Shown here one piece after another: positions 38,804-48,499 of a stretch of DNA of 64,000 nt. The stretch spans positions 187,685-251,684 of the forward strand of contig JACPFP010000003.1 in assembly GCA_016182915.1 (NCBI GenBank), in the 5' to 3' direction. Each line of letters begins with the position of its first letter. The stretch's first letter is position 1. Under the pieces are notes generated by a model. It had not been told where the DNA came from. It saw only the letters and a program-made list of their open reading frames with translations, and did not search any database. Origin of the DNA: Candidatus Dojkabacteria bacterium (lineage in GTDB: Bacteria; Patescibacteriota; Dojkabacteria; SC72). The position numbers and the translations under genes were made by a program.

Positions 38804-40072
38804 TTGAACAATATTCTTTTAGCACTTAAACCCTTCATACTTAAGTACAAAATCCCCCTAATTATTCTTTCCACCTTCCTCCTAACATCAACTCTTTTTC
38901 TCATTTTCAAGCCTGAAGAAAAGATAAAAGAGACTATTGATAAGGGTGGTGAACTCATAGAGAATATAACTGAAGAGAATGATTCGGAAACAGGCAAAGG
39001 ATCAGATAGAGAATCCATATGGCAGAAAGATTGCGAATCAGATGAAAGAGTATCAATGAAAAACCTCCCTATGAACCTAAGTGATGTAGGAACAATCATA
39101 CCCCAAGGAATGGTGGTGGGAGGTCATGTAACTCCAATAGATCACCTATACTTCTCCCCCATTATATTTAATTCACCAAGAGATAAATATCCTGTGTTTG
39201 CTATGGCCGATGGATATATAGTTGAGATAGGGACAAGGGAGATGGTTGTGGGAACAAAAGAGAAGAGAGCTATTGAATATAGGATAATAATGCAACACTC
39301 ATGCCAAACCATCAGTTACTTTGACCTTGTTACAAGTCTAGATGATTCTATCCTTTCTCAAGTTCCTAATATAGATACCACAAAGTTTGCCTCTGATATT
39401 CGAATACCTATTAAAGCAGGACAGGAGATTGGAAGAATAGGTGGACAAACTCTTGATACAGCAATATATAACATGGACCTCACCCTTCCAGGGCTTTTAA
39501 CTCCCTCAATGTATGGAAGTGAATTCTGGAAGGTACATACTGACGACTTCATTACATACTTCCCAGAGAATCTTCAGAAGGAGATGAATAGTATAAACTT
39601 GAGGAAGTTCAAACCGTATTCAGGAAAGATAGATTACGACATTCCAGGAAAATTAGTAGGGAGTTGGTTTGAAAAGGGAACAAACGGGTATGGAGGCATT
39701 CAGGGTGAAGGATATAATGCATACTGGTCAGGTCACCTACATATTGGTTTTGATGCAATTATGCCTGAAAATATATGGATTTCCATTGGAGACTTCGCCG
39801 GAAGCGCAAGACATTTCTATGTAAAGGGAAATACTCCTAATCCGGAAAAAGTTGGTGTATCAGATGGTATTGTAAAATATCAATTGATTGAGCCTGCTAA
39901 TTTTATGTCACTGGAACAAGTTGCAAACTATAAAAGGAGTGAGGGACAGGTTCTTGGAGTTATACTCTTACAAGTTCTTCCAGATGAGGAATTAAAAGTT
40001 GAGATATTTCCAAATAAAGTGGGGAGTGCCGTTAGCGGGTTTACAAGCAAAGCGAAAGTGTATGAAAGATAG
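38804..40072 (+). CDS. membrane-anchored extracellular hypothetical protein (M23-like fold possible)
   Basis: N-terminal TM; GHVTPIDH, PVFAMADG, IKAGQEIG. Confidence 0.7.
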   Translation: MNNILLALKPFILKYKIPLIILSTFLLTSTLFLIFKPEEKIKETIDKGGELIENITEENDSETGKGSDRESIWQKDCESDERVSMKNLPMNLSDVGTIIPQGMVVGGHVTPIDHLYFSPIIFNSPRDKYPVFAMADGYIVEIGTREMVVGTKEKRAIEYRIIMQHSCQTISYFDLVTSLDDSILSQVPNIDTTKFASDIRIPIKAGQEIGRIGGQTLDTAIYNMDLTLPGLLTPSMYGSEFWKVHTDDFITYFPENLQKEMNSINLRKFKPYSGKIDYDIPGKLVGSWFEKGTNGYGGIQGEGYNAYWSGHLHIGFDAIMPENIWISIGDFAGSARHFYVKGNTPNPEKVGVSDGIVKYQLIEPANFMSLEQVANYKRSEGQVLGVILLQVLPDEELKVEIFPNKVGSAVSGFTSKAKVYER

Positions 40073-40102
40073 GGAGGTAAATTATTATATTTTAAAACAA
40101 AT

Positions 40103-40576
40103 ATGAAAAACAAAAACCTTATCACAATAATAAGTATCATTGTTACTCTAATACTTCTTGTTTCGGGATACTTTCTATATAGAAGTTATAGATCTCAGAA
40201 ATTTGATACAGACCAATCATCAACTGGGGTATCAGTACAGGTTTCAGATATAAGTAGTAAAGGGATTAAGTATATTGTTGTTAATGGTACAGATAAAAAT
40301 ATATATGTAACTTCAAAGTCATGTGCCGGTCCATCCGCTACAGTTGAGAGAAAGGAAGGAGATTGGTCAAACTATACCCTTTCAGAATTTGTATGCCTGC
40401 TAATGCCTGGACTAATGGAAATTAAATCTGGTGATACATACGAATCTACTATTGATTTAACATCACCACTTCCCGTTGGAGAGTATAGATTGGTACTTAA
40501 CTATGGAGATAAAGGGGAAAACGACTATCAGATGTTAGATCCACAGACAGTATATTCTAAGACCTTTAGAAGATAA
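40103..40576 (+). CDS. membrane-anchored Ig-like protein
   Basis: N-terminal TM; LPVGEYRL, VYSKTF beta-strand pattern. Confidence 0.7.
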   Translation: MKNKNLITIISIIVTLILLVSGYFLYRSYRSQKFDTDQSSTGVSVQVSDISSKGIKYIVVNGTDKNIYVTSKSCAGPSATVERKEGDWSNYTLSEFVCLLMPGLMEIKSGDTYESTIDLTSPLPVGEYRLVLNYGDKGENDYQMLDPQTVYSKTFRR

Positions 40577-40622
40577 CTTCTGAAATAAGTTCTGGCGCTT
40601 TTCCCAATAGATACAGGAAAGA

Positions 40623-41105
40623 TTAAAATATTTCGTTTAAGTCGTATCCTAAATCGAACGCAGGGAAGTCTATAATCGCAAACACACAACCCTCCTCTCC
40701 TGCTTTGAATGAACATATATCCTGATTCCCAACCACCATGAGCTCACTTTCAGGGGTATACTCTTTCATTTCACCATCTCGCACACACCTTAAGGAACCT
40801 GCCATAACTTTGTATATCCTCTTTGCATTAGATACTCCATTTACATTTCTAATATATGGTCGGTGAAATGCATCAGCCTCCATTACACCGAAAGCAACTG
40901 AATGTGAGAGGTCTTCTAAACCATATTCTGCTTCAAGGATGGAAATAAATTCGGCTAAATAGATATCGGGCACAACGTTTTTTAAAATAAGTCCCCAGGG
41001 AGTAATGTGCCTTTCTTCGGCATAGCGATTACACAATCCATAAAAGTCTAATACCTCTGCTGACATTTTTAACCCTACAAGGTCTTTTTCTAGATTTGAA
41101 TACAT
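40623..41105 (-). CDS. hypothetical protein, possibly cupin-like
   Basis: 160 aa; beta-rich C-half; TATAAT 5 nt upstream. Confidence 0.6.
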   Translation of the reverse strand: MYSNLEKDLVGLKMSAEVLDFYGLCNRYAEERHITPWGLILKNVVPDIYLAEFISILEAEYGLEDLSHSVAFGVMEADAFHRPYIRNVNGVSNAKRIYKVMAGSLRCVRDGEMKEYTPESELMVVGNQDICSFKAGEEGCVFAIIDFPAFDLGYDLNEIF

Positions 41106-41180
41106 GAGTAATTATACCAATACTATAAGCTATCTGCACTATATTACTCCATAATTCAAAGTGCTTAGCTGTTAGGCAAT

Positions 41181-42341
41181 CTACCCTATATCCTCCATCT
41201 TCTCTATCTTTCTTGCTAACCTAACAATTCTGTCTCTCCAGTTCTGAGCGGTCAAAAGAGAATTCACCCTCGCATCAATTATTCCATCAGTAACTTTTCC
41301 ACTCTTGTCCCTATGCTGAACACAGATATATTCATTATCCCAAATACCAAAGTCCTCTTCACATCGAATCGTTTTGAAGTCCTCATAATCTATAAGATAG
41401 ACTGTTATCTTTCCCTTCAAATCCAATTCAATCTGTTTCCTCAAGACAGGTCTTTCAAGGTCTTTTGGATTAACAATTATAAAGACACGGGATAAATCTA
41501 GCCCCTTTTTCGCTAATGCTCTACCTCCCTCAAAATATTCATCCTCAGGATTCCATTTATCTGCATTTGACATAAATGTTGCAAAGCCTCCTTTAGTAAG
41601 ATTCATGAAATGAAAAGTCCCTTCATCATTTAGCTGTTCGGGCGTCATCTCTATAAACTTACTGCCTGGGTGTCTTAGACTCTGGACGGTATCTTCAACC
41701 TTTTGCCTGTATGCATATTTCTGGTAAAGGCTCAGGTCAAGCCTTGTAACACACAATTCATAAACAAGTGGAAATTCATTCATATTAACCTCAGCATTTA
41801 AATGCCCTGCTTTCCTAACCATAATATGTGAACTTCCCATTACTTTGGCAAAGTGCAAAGCACGGTGTGGTTCTATATACGGATCTGTGTCAGAGTATAG
41901 GACATAGGAGACTGGGATATATTTCTGTAGAGTATCGTAATCAAAATCTGTTTTATAGAACGTTGAATTTACCTTATCATATTTCCAATCTGCCTTTGGA
42001 AGCCTATCTAGGCATGGAGATACAAAGATTGCACAATCAACTTTTATACGGTATTTCTCAATTACATGAAGGATGAATACATTACCAAGTGAGTGCCCTA
42101 TAAAGCAAATCTTCTCTCTTCCTTTAAGATTGGGTAGAACTTGTGCCTCAAAGGTTTTCATCCAGGAATCGAGATTTTGAACTGTGGGAGCATTAGGATC
42201 TTTTGAAAGATGTTCTTCATCATCAATTGGGTATTGTGGGCAGTATACTGTTTGCCCCATATATTCTAATTTTGATTTGAGATTTGGAAACCAGTTTCCA
42301 TTTGAAGATCCAAAAGATCCGTGAAAAATAACGAATTTCAT
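41181..42341 (-). CDS. RBBP9/YdeN alpha/beta hydrolase fused to a DUF6879-like domain
   Basis: IFHG..NWFP, GHSLG, D.DPY, AGHLN; C-terminal SRVFI...EDFGIWD. Confidence 0.8.
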   Translation of the reverse strand: MKFVIFHGSFGSSNGNWFPNLKSKLEYMGQTVYCPQYPIDDEEHLSKDPNAPTVQNLDSWMKTFEAQVLPNLKGREKICFIGHSLGNVFILHVIEKYRIKVDCAIFVSPCLDRLPKADWKYDKVNSTFYKTDFDYDTLQKYIPVSYVLYSDTDPYIEPHRALHFAKVMGSSHIMVRKAGHLNAEVNMNEFPLVYELCVTRLDLSLYQKYAYRQKVEDTVQSLRHPGSKFIEMTPEQLNDEGTFHFMNLTKGGFATFMSNADKWNPEDEYFEGGRALAKKGLDLSRVFIIVNPKDLERPVLRKQIELDLKGKITVYLIDYEDFKTIRCEEDFGIWDNEYICVQHRDKSGKVTDGIIDARVNSLLTAQNWRDRIVRLARKIEKMEDIG

Positions 42342-42489
42342 AATTACATCTGTAATATTTTAATTGTTATTTCTGTCACAAATCTTGTTAAACAGAGGCA
42401 TTATAGCATATTTATAGGACATTAAGAAAAGGGGTATTACTTTGAGGTTTTTGAAATTAATATGAAGATATTGCTATCATTCTAATTTC

Positions 42490-42547
42490 AGGTGAGGAGT
42501 TTTAGCTCCTGAATCTTTCGATTCTCCCTCCGGATGATTTCTCACCC
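42490..42547. ncRNA. putative structured RNA (multibranch)
   Basis: Minus strand GGGUG..CACCU closing GAAUC-GAAA-GAUUC and AGGAG..CUCCU hairpins; plus-strand promoter TTGAAA-18-TATCAT at 42451-42480. Confidence 0.4.
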
Positions 42548-42566
42548 TACCTTTTTTGGAAAGAAA

Positions 42567-42644
42567 TTACTTCTTTCCTACTTTCTTACGGGTGCGGCGT
42601 TTCTTTTTTGCCTTTTTCTTACTCTTTTCGGACTTTTCAGCCAT
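42567..42644 (-). CDS. Lys/Arg-rich micro-protein MAEKSEKSKKKAKKKRRTRKKVGKK
   Basis: AAAGGAG Shine-Dalgarno 7 nt upstream of ATG; not in ORF track. Confidence 0.65.
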   Translation of the reverse strand: MAEKSEKSKKKAKKKRRTRKKVGKK

Positions 42645-42676
42645 CGGAATTCTCCTTTCTTTGGAATTTCGAAACA

Positions 42677-42715
42677 CTATTTGTTCCCTTTCTTCTTCCT
42701 GCGCTTCTTGCCCAC
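42677..42715 (-). CDS. Lys/Arg-rich micro-peptide MGKKRRKKKGNK
   Basis: AAGGAGGTGA Shine-Dalgarno 5 nt before GTG; TATAAT at 42752-42747. Confidence 0.6.
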   Translation of the reverse strand: MGKKRRKKKGNK

Positions 42716-42837
42716 AGCACTCACCTCCTTCATAAAAAAGCATCTAATTATAGGCCTCGTTCCATCACTTGGGAAGAGTAGAGGAGAAAGGGGTAACGTT
42801 ATTAATTACCAATATCCATATTCTAATACTTGTTGTC

Positions 42838-42869
42838 TAAAACAAGAGGCCCGTCAAAGACGGACCTCT
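42838..42869 (-). terminator. intrinsic terminator after M20 peptidase
   Basis: AGAGGTCCGTC-ttt-GACGGGCCTCT-TGTTTT. Confidence 0.8.
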
Positions 42870-42896
42870 ATTTGAGAACGATACTTGGTATCTCTC

Positions 42897-44228
42897 TTAC
42901 TTACTAAAGAATCTCTCACTGAACTTTAGACCCTTCTCCAAAAGATCTAATCTGAAATTTTCATTAGCACCGTGCATATTACAATCTTCATTGGCAAGAC
43001 CAACTGAAACCGTATCAATACCGAAAAGCTCTTTTACTTTCGCGATTAGAGGGATTGCACCTCCAACGTTATATGTGAAGACCTCAGTACCGTATGACTC
43101 TTTAAGAAGCTCTCTAACCTCTCTAAATATCTCAGCACCGGTATCAAGTTTAACAGGAGGATGCTTTCCAGAGACCTCCATCTCATACTCAACATAATCA
43201 GGAGTATTTGCATCAACAAATTCTGTTATCGCCTTAACTACCTCATCTGTATCCTGCATAGGTGCTGTTCGAAGGTTGATCTTTGCCTCTGCTATAGCTG
43301 GAACAATATTTGAATATCCGTTACCAATATACCCAGACTTCAATCCTGTAACCTGCATTGTTGGTCTTAGGCCTGTCTGTGTATAGAAATCATATTGGTT
43401 ATTCTCAGTTCGAAGAGCTTTATAACCAGGATGAGCGAGTGCATCCTTCTGCCCAATCTCAGCAAGTCTTCGGTTGTTCTCCAACTCTTCTGGAGTAGCT
43501 TCAAGGACTCCCTTATAGAAGTCAGGGAATGTAACCACATTATTTTCATCATAGACCTTGGCAAGAAGCTTGGAGAGTTCGTATGCTGCATTTGGAACCG
43601 CTCCTCCATACAAACCAGAGTGGGTATTGTTATTTGCAACCTTATAACGGATTGTAATACTGCAACCCCCTCTATATGAAGACTCAATGGCGACCTGGCC
43701 ACCAACTAGCTCTCCGTCCGAGACAAGAACATAATCAGATCTAAGAAGGTCTACATTCTCTTCCATCAGGGTACCTATATCATCTATATTTCCAGTCTCT
43801 TCATTACCTTCTATAAGGAATTTTACATTGTATTTAAGCTTGTTTGCTTTAATGAGTTCAAGGACTGAAAAAATATGGATAAGATTCTCTCCCTTGTTAT
43901 CTACAATACCTCTAGCATATAGTCTTCCATTATCTTCTGTAAGTTCGAAAGGTTCGCTATTCCATCCTGCTTCTTTCTCTGCAGGCTGAACATCGTAGTG
44001 GCCGTAAACAAGTACTGTCTTAGTTGCCCCTTCAGCCTTATACTCTGCAAATACAACAGGATTGAGTGTTCCATATGTAAGGAACTGTGTCTGGAACTTA
44101 TACTCTTCAAAGAGTTTTCTTAACCACTCTGCGGTCTGTAATACCCCTTCCTTTTTATCAGGATCAGTGGAGATACTTTGAAAGGAGACATACTCTTTGA
44201 GCAGCTCTTTATACTTCTCTATATTCAT
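42897..44228 (-). CDS. M20 family dipeptidase
   Basis: YGHYDVQP, ARGIVDNKG, EGNEE, HSG.YGG, HGANE. Confidence 0.92.
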   Translation of the reverse strand: MNIEKYKELLKEYVSFQSISTDPDKKEGVLQTAEWLRKLFEEYKFQTQFLTYGTLNPVVFAEYKAEGATKTVLVYGHYDVQPAEKEAGWNSEPFELTEDNGRLYARGIVDNKGENLIHIFSVLELIKANKLKYNVKFLIEGNEETGNIDDIGTLMEENVDLLRSDYVLVSDGELVGGQVAIESSYRGGCSITIRYKVANNNTHSGLYGGAVPNAAYELSKLLAKVYDENNVVTFPDFYKGVLEATPEELENNRRLAEIGQKDALAHPGYKALRTENNQYDFYTQTGLRPTMQVTGLKSGYIGNGYSNIVPAIAEAKINLRTAPMQDTDEVVKAITEFVDANTPDYVEYEMEVSGKHPPVKLDTGAEIFREVRELLKESYGTEVFTYNVGGAIPLIAKVKELFGIDTVSVGLANEDCNMHGANENFRLDLLEKGLKFSERFFSK

Positions 44229-44280
44229 AAAAATAAAAGATAAATTTAATTATTATATTAAATACATAAACACGATATAC

Positions 44281-46062
44281 TTATTCTATCACGAAGCTCT
44301 CCGCCAGTATCCTATCTTTAACCAGTGAGTTGAACCTCTTCTTTATCATCTTTGAATTACAGTATTCATTAAGGTAGTACATACCAACCAACCAGTTATA
44401 ACGGACTTTTTCAAAAGCATGATTCAGACTTTTATACTTAAACTTTATATTCTCACCTTTAAGGCTAAACAACGGAATCTTTTTAGACATATCTTTCATG
44501 CCAAATCTAAACTCTCCACTCGAATCGAAGAAGAGAGCCACGGTTCTATATGAAGAGCTATTGAATCCTGATGTTGCTTTAAGACCATAACCAAGATGAA
44601 ATGGAACACCATCAGAGTTAAGAACAGATATCATCCTAATATGACCATAGTATGGCAAGCCATCAATCTCTAGCATAAGATTGTCAACATACTCCTGTAG
44701 TATTGGAGAATTATACTGTGCGAGAAGTTCTGGCGTTATATCTACAGTGGGCAATCTTAGAACCCCTTTGCCTCCTGTAGAACATAATCCCCCTTCTTTC
44801 AAAACAACCTCCTTTCCTAGATCTGTTTCTTGAACCTTCTCATTCTCGCTCACAAATGTAGTCTTTGGATACTCAATTCCTAGATTATGAAGCTCCTCCA
44901 TGCTCTCATATATTTTAAAAAAAGAACCTTTCGCATTAATAGCGTTCGAGAGATACATCACCCTCTCAGACTTATTCCTAAGATCAAAGGTCTTTTGGTT
45001 GCTATGCTCCCATAGATAGGCATACTGATCGAAGGACTTTGTAAGGAGCTCTTTTACAGAATATATACCATCAAGTTCGTCTACTATACTTTTACTTAAC
45101 ATGAACTTGGCTTTATGTTTCCACTTAGGACTGTACTCAATTCGAGGGTACTTTCTATCTTCCAATTCAACAGTATTTAAACCTCCTTTCACTTTGTATT
45201 TTCCATGAATCAAAAGTCTATACAACGTATTACGCTTCTCTTTCCCAAGAAGGGCAGAGAGGGATGCTAATGGAACTACTGCAAAGAGACTACTATTGTG
45301 ATGGAGGTCATTTAAAACTCTCACCTCGACCTTTGGAAAGCTCTTTTCTGTAAGGTACTTGATTGCATATCCAAAATCACCTTCAAACTCTACTTTGAAA
45401 GAGGCATACACTCCTGCTTTAGGGATATCTAGATTTGTCATTGCGTTTTCTATAAAATCACATACCCCACTGAGCAATGGGACCTTAAATCCAGAGATAT
45501 TTGTATTACGACTTACGTTAAGGTATAGCTCCTCAACCAGACTCACTCTATGTTTCGCCCACACCTCCGGAAGAAGAGCAGACCAAAGAGTTGGGATTTC
45601 AAAAACAGTTTTTGCAAACTTCGAATCGTTCTTATACTTAGAAGAGAACTTATCTCTCTTCTCCTTCATCTTCTCTAACGTATTCTTTATAGTTTCAAAT
45701 AGCTGGTCAATGTGAGATGTATCACCAAACATATTAAAATATCCACGATAGCTTTCGATAGCTAACTGTTCACACTCTGGCATTTTAAGAGATGGGAAGG
45801 ATTCCTTGAAAAGCTGGATTAAATTAAACTTAATTCCTTCTGGGAGATCTAAACTCATGGCTTTAACTTCTCTTTCCTTATATAAGGTATTAAGAATATT
45901 TCTAAGCAACCATGGAAACATCCCTGCAGAAAGGACATTAGGGTCAATATGCCCTCCCTCAAGAGTTTTATAATCCATTACATGTTCAAACTCTGCCAGA
46001 TGTATATTTACGCTTTCTAATGATTCCAACTTAGAAAGAACTTTTTTCTCCTTCTCTATCAT
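44281..46062 (-). CDS. large protein with C-terminal ATP-grasp-like domain
   Basis: K..F, GIEYPKT, VVLK.....GGKGV, ILQEYV, HIR; N-terminal half unassigned. Confidence 0.65.
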   Translation of the reverse strand: MIEKEKKVLSKLESLESVNIHLAEFEHVMDYKTLEGGHIDPNVLSAGMFPWLLRNILNTLYKEREVKAMSLDLPEGIKFNLIQLFKESFPSLKMPECEQLAIESYRGYFNMFGDTSHIDQLFETIKNTLEKMKEKRDKFSSKYKNDSKFAKTVFEIPTLWSALLPEVWAKHRVSLVEELYLNVSRNTNISGFKVPLLSGVCDFIENAMTNLDIPKAGVYASFKVEFEGDFGYAIKYLTEKSFPKVEVRVLNDLHHNSSLFAVVPLASLSALLGKEKRNTLYRLLIHGKYKVKGGLNTVELEDRKYPRIEYSPKWKHKAKFMLSKSIVDELDGIYSVKELLTKSFDQYAYLWEHSNQKTFDLRNKSERVMYLSNAINAKGSFFKIYESMEELHNLGIEYPKTTFVSENEKVQETDLGKEVVLKEGGLCSTGGKGVLRLPTVDITPELLAQYNSPILQEYVDNLMLEIDGLPYYGHIRMISVLNSDGVPFHLGYGLKATSGFNSSSYRTVALFFDSSGEFRFGMKDMSKKIPLFSLKGENIKFKYKSLNHAFEKVRYNWLVGMYYLNEYCNSKMIKKRFNSLVKDRILAESFVIE

Positions 46063-46889
46063 TTTAGTTTATAAAATAATTTAGCATTCTTATAGAAAAC
46101 ATTATCTTTAATCTCAGACTGTAAACAGTTATCTAGAATTCTGATAGTGTCATCATAGCTACCTGAGAGTTTGCATACTGGCCAATCAGATCCCCAGACA
46201 ATCCTATCCGGTCCAAAGTACTCCAGTACTGTTTCAAGGTATGGCCTGAACATTTCGATATTCCATGAATTCCATTTGGCTTCTGTAAGAAGACCGGATA
46301 GCTTGCAGTATAGATTGGGAAATTTTGAGAGTTCAATAATCCCCCTTCTCCACTCTTCATCAAAAGCTTTCCCATCTCTAATTCTAGGTTTGGCACAGTG
46401 GTCTAACATAAGCCTCCCTTCACCAACAGACTTCAAAAATTCCAATGCTTTGGAAATCTGAGTCGGGTATATAAGGATTTCATATATATAATCCTTTTTA
46501 AGAATCTTTTTAACACCATCAACAAACTCACTATCTAACATTAGGTTACTATCAGGTTCGGTCTGTAGAATATGTCTAAACCCTTTTAAGAGAGGGGCAT
46601 CACGAAACTTTTCTAGATCAGTTTCTAAAATTTTAGATTTCAGATCTATCCAACCAATTACTCCAACAACATCACGACTCACTCGAGCAGCTTCAAGAAG
46701 AAAGTCCGTTTCCTGAGTAGTCTGCCTCGCTTGTACAAGAATCTTCGAGGTCACTTTCCCAACCTCACTCTCGCTGTTTAAGGCTCCAACCAGATGATCT
46801 TTCCTCAATGTTTCCATATTCTCATCAATCCATCCATACTCCTCTTCAGTATACTTCCAGATGTGTACGTGAGTATCTATATATTCCAT
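46059..46889 (-). CDS. amidohydrolase 2, L-fuconolactonase-like
   Basis: IDTHVHIW, LVQARQ, KGFRHILQ, LDHCAKP, CKLSG, WGSDWPVC. Confidence 0.88.
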   Translation of the reverse strand: MEYIDTHVHIWKYTEEEYGWIDENMETLRKDHLVGALNSESEVGKVTSKILVQARQTTQETDFLLEAARVSRDVVGVIGWIDLKSKILETDLEKFRDAPLLKGFRHILQTEPDSNLMLDSEFVDGVKKILKKDYIYEILIYPTQISKALEFLKSVGEGRLMLDHCAKPRIRDGKAFDEEWRRGIIELSKFPNLYCKLSGLLTEAKWNSWNIEMFRPYLETVLEYFGPDRIVWGSDWPVCKLSGSYDDTIRILDNCLQSEIKDNVFYKNAKLFYKLK

Positions 46890-47578
46890 TATTTATATCT
46901 CTTTAAATATTTTGATCCTAATTCATTCCAAAACATATATCGAAAGGTCTTTATGAAGTTCACAAGAGGTTGTCCCAGAAGCTTTCCACTTTCAGTTAAC
47001 ATTGTCTCATAGCTAGAAATCTGGAAGGTTAGTTGATCCAGAAGGGAGTGGGTGTTTGAAACCCTATCCCCCTGGTTCTCCTCATCATATGTTCCATGCT
47101 TTTTAAGAGTGAGAAGGTCAAGAGACAAATTAAGTTGACCTGCTTCAAGTGAGGATAGACTTCTCCATATCCCAACGGCTCCAAGAAGGTCAAGAGTGTC
47201 TGCATCTGTTACCACTTTTAACATTTTTGTTAATTTCGGTGCCCTGAACTTATTGTTGTGCCATTTAACTACATAAACGATTGCCTCAATTCTTTTCTCA
47301 GGGAGATCAGTTTTAGACCTTAGGAACTTTGAAACCATTCTCGAGCCAACCTCCCCATGTTCAGCTCTAGTACAAAGTCCTAAAGCTACATCGTGTAACA
47401 TAGCGGCAATTTCATAATCAACGGTTCTTTTAATCCCCTCCCGTTTACAGATCTCTTTAGTCCACTCAAGTGTTCGAAGGGCATGTGAGTAGTCATGCCC
47501 AGATTCACGACCCATATTCTTTCTACAAAATCTCTCTATTTTTCTTTTTAGTTCGTTATTCATATTCTTTTGAATCAT
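46889..47578 (-). CDS. HD-domain phosphohydrolase
   Basis: GHD.SH..R, LHDV, EH, H, DAD.LD.LGA.G. Confidence 0.88.
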   Translation of the reverse strand: MIQKNMNNELKRKIERFCRKNMGRESGHDYSHALRTLEWTKEICKREGIKRTVDYEIAAMLHDVALGLCTRAEHGEVGSRMVSKFLRSKTDLPEKRIEAIVYVVKWHNNKFRAPKLTKMLKVVTDADTLDLLGAVGIWRSLSSLEAGQLNLSLDLLTLKKHGTYDEENQGDRVSNTHSLLDQLTFQISSYETMLTESGKLLGQPLVNFIKTFRYMFWNELGSKYLKRYK

Positions 47579-48338
47579 CTAAATGTGTATATCCACCATC
47601 CACAAAGACCCATTGTCCTGTGAAGTGGGAACTTTTATCCGAAAGCAGAAATAATGCGTAGTTAGCAATCTCTTCAGGTTGGGTTAATCTATGTCCAAGA
47701 TTTATCTTCTGCACTATGTGAGAAAGCCGTACACTCGCCGATTTATCCTGAGATATCCATTTCTGATATTGAGGAGTCATAACCTCAGCCGGAATGATAC
47801 AGTTAACATCAACGTTATATGGAGCAAGCTCTACAGCCCACTCTCTTGTCAGGGAATTGATGGCTCCTTTTGCAGCCGCATACCCTGAAGTTCCTCCTTG
47901 GCCTGTGAGAGAAACCTTCGAAGATATGTTAACTATTGAACCTTCCTCCCTTTTTATTTTCTCAATAAAGCCCTTTGTCATTTGAAAGTAGTGGGTGAGA
48001 TTCTTACAGAGTGAAGACTCGAACTGTGAAATGTCTGCATCTAACCCAACTCCATCATTTACCCCAGCATTATTAACCAAACCATAGATTTCTGGATACA
48101 GATTACATATATCCTCAATTACACTTTCTGTCATCAGATGGTCTGCCAAATCACACTTGAATACTCCTGGAGAGTTTATACCATTTAGTTCTTTTGCAAT
48201 TTTCTTTGCTTTCTTATAGTCTTTATCTACAATTACTGGTAGAGCACCCTCAGCATACAATCCGCGAACAATCGCTTCCCCAATTCCATTTGCCCCTCCT
48301 GTCACTACAATTACTTTATTTTTTATTCCTAATTTCAT
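47556..48338 (-). CDS. SDR oxidoreductase, L-fucose dehydrogenase-like
   Basis: TGGANGIG, NNAGVNDGVGL, TGQGGTSGYAAAKG, LTREWA, PAEVMTP.Y, VDGGYTHLD. Confidence 0.9.
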   Translation of the reverse strand: MKLGIKNKVIVVTGGANGIGEAIVRGLYAEGALPVIVDKDYKKAKKIAKELNGINSPGVFKCDLADHLMTESVIEDICNLYPEIYGLVNNAGVNDGVGLDADISQFESSLCKNLTHYFQMTKGFIEKIKREEGSIVNISSKVSLTGQGGTSGYAAAKGAINSLTREWAVELAPYNVDVNCIIPAEVMTPQYQKWISQDKSASVRLSHIVQKINLGHRLTQPEEIANYALFLLSDKSSHFTGQWVFVDGGYTHLDDSKEYE

Positions 48339-48356
48339 ATTTTTAGGTATATATAG

Positions 48357-48380
48357 AAAAAACTCCCATTTCTGGGAGTT
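48357..48380 (-). terminator. attenuator-like terminator upstream of SDR operon
   Basis: AACTCCCA-gaaa-TGGGAGTT-TTTT. Confidence 0.85.
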
Positions 48381-48406
48381 ATAATTTTCGTTTAATTTGG
48401 TTTGGT

Positions 48407-48499
48407 TTAAATGAATCTTATATCTCCCAATGGTATGAACCTAAAAATAAAGGCCCAAAGGATGCAAGGAAGATATGTATGTTTAATAAACTGATTCAT
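48407..48499 (-). CDS. putative leader peptide MNQFIKHTYLPCILWAFIFRFIPLGDIRFI
   Basis: Lies between promoter TTGACA-17-TAAAAT (48537-48509) and terminator; covers candidate antiterminator CCATTGGGAG. Confidence 0.6.
   Translation of the reverse strand: MNQFIKHTYLPCILWAFIFRFIPLGDIRFI

Noticed and set aside
42534-42875. 113-aa Phe/Leu-rich plus-strand ORF
   Set aside because: Shadow of the Lys/Arg-rich minus-strand micro-ORFs, which have strong SD sites; it also runs through a terminator
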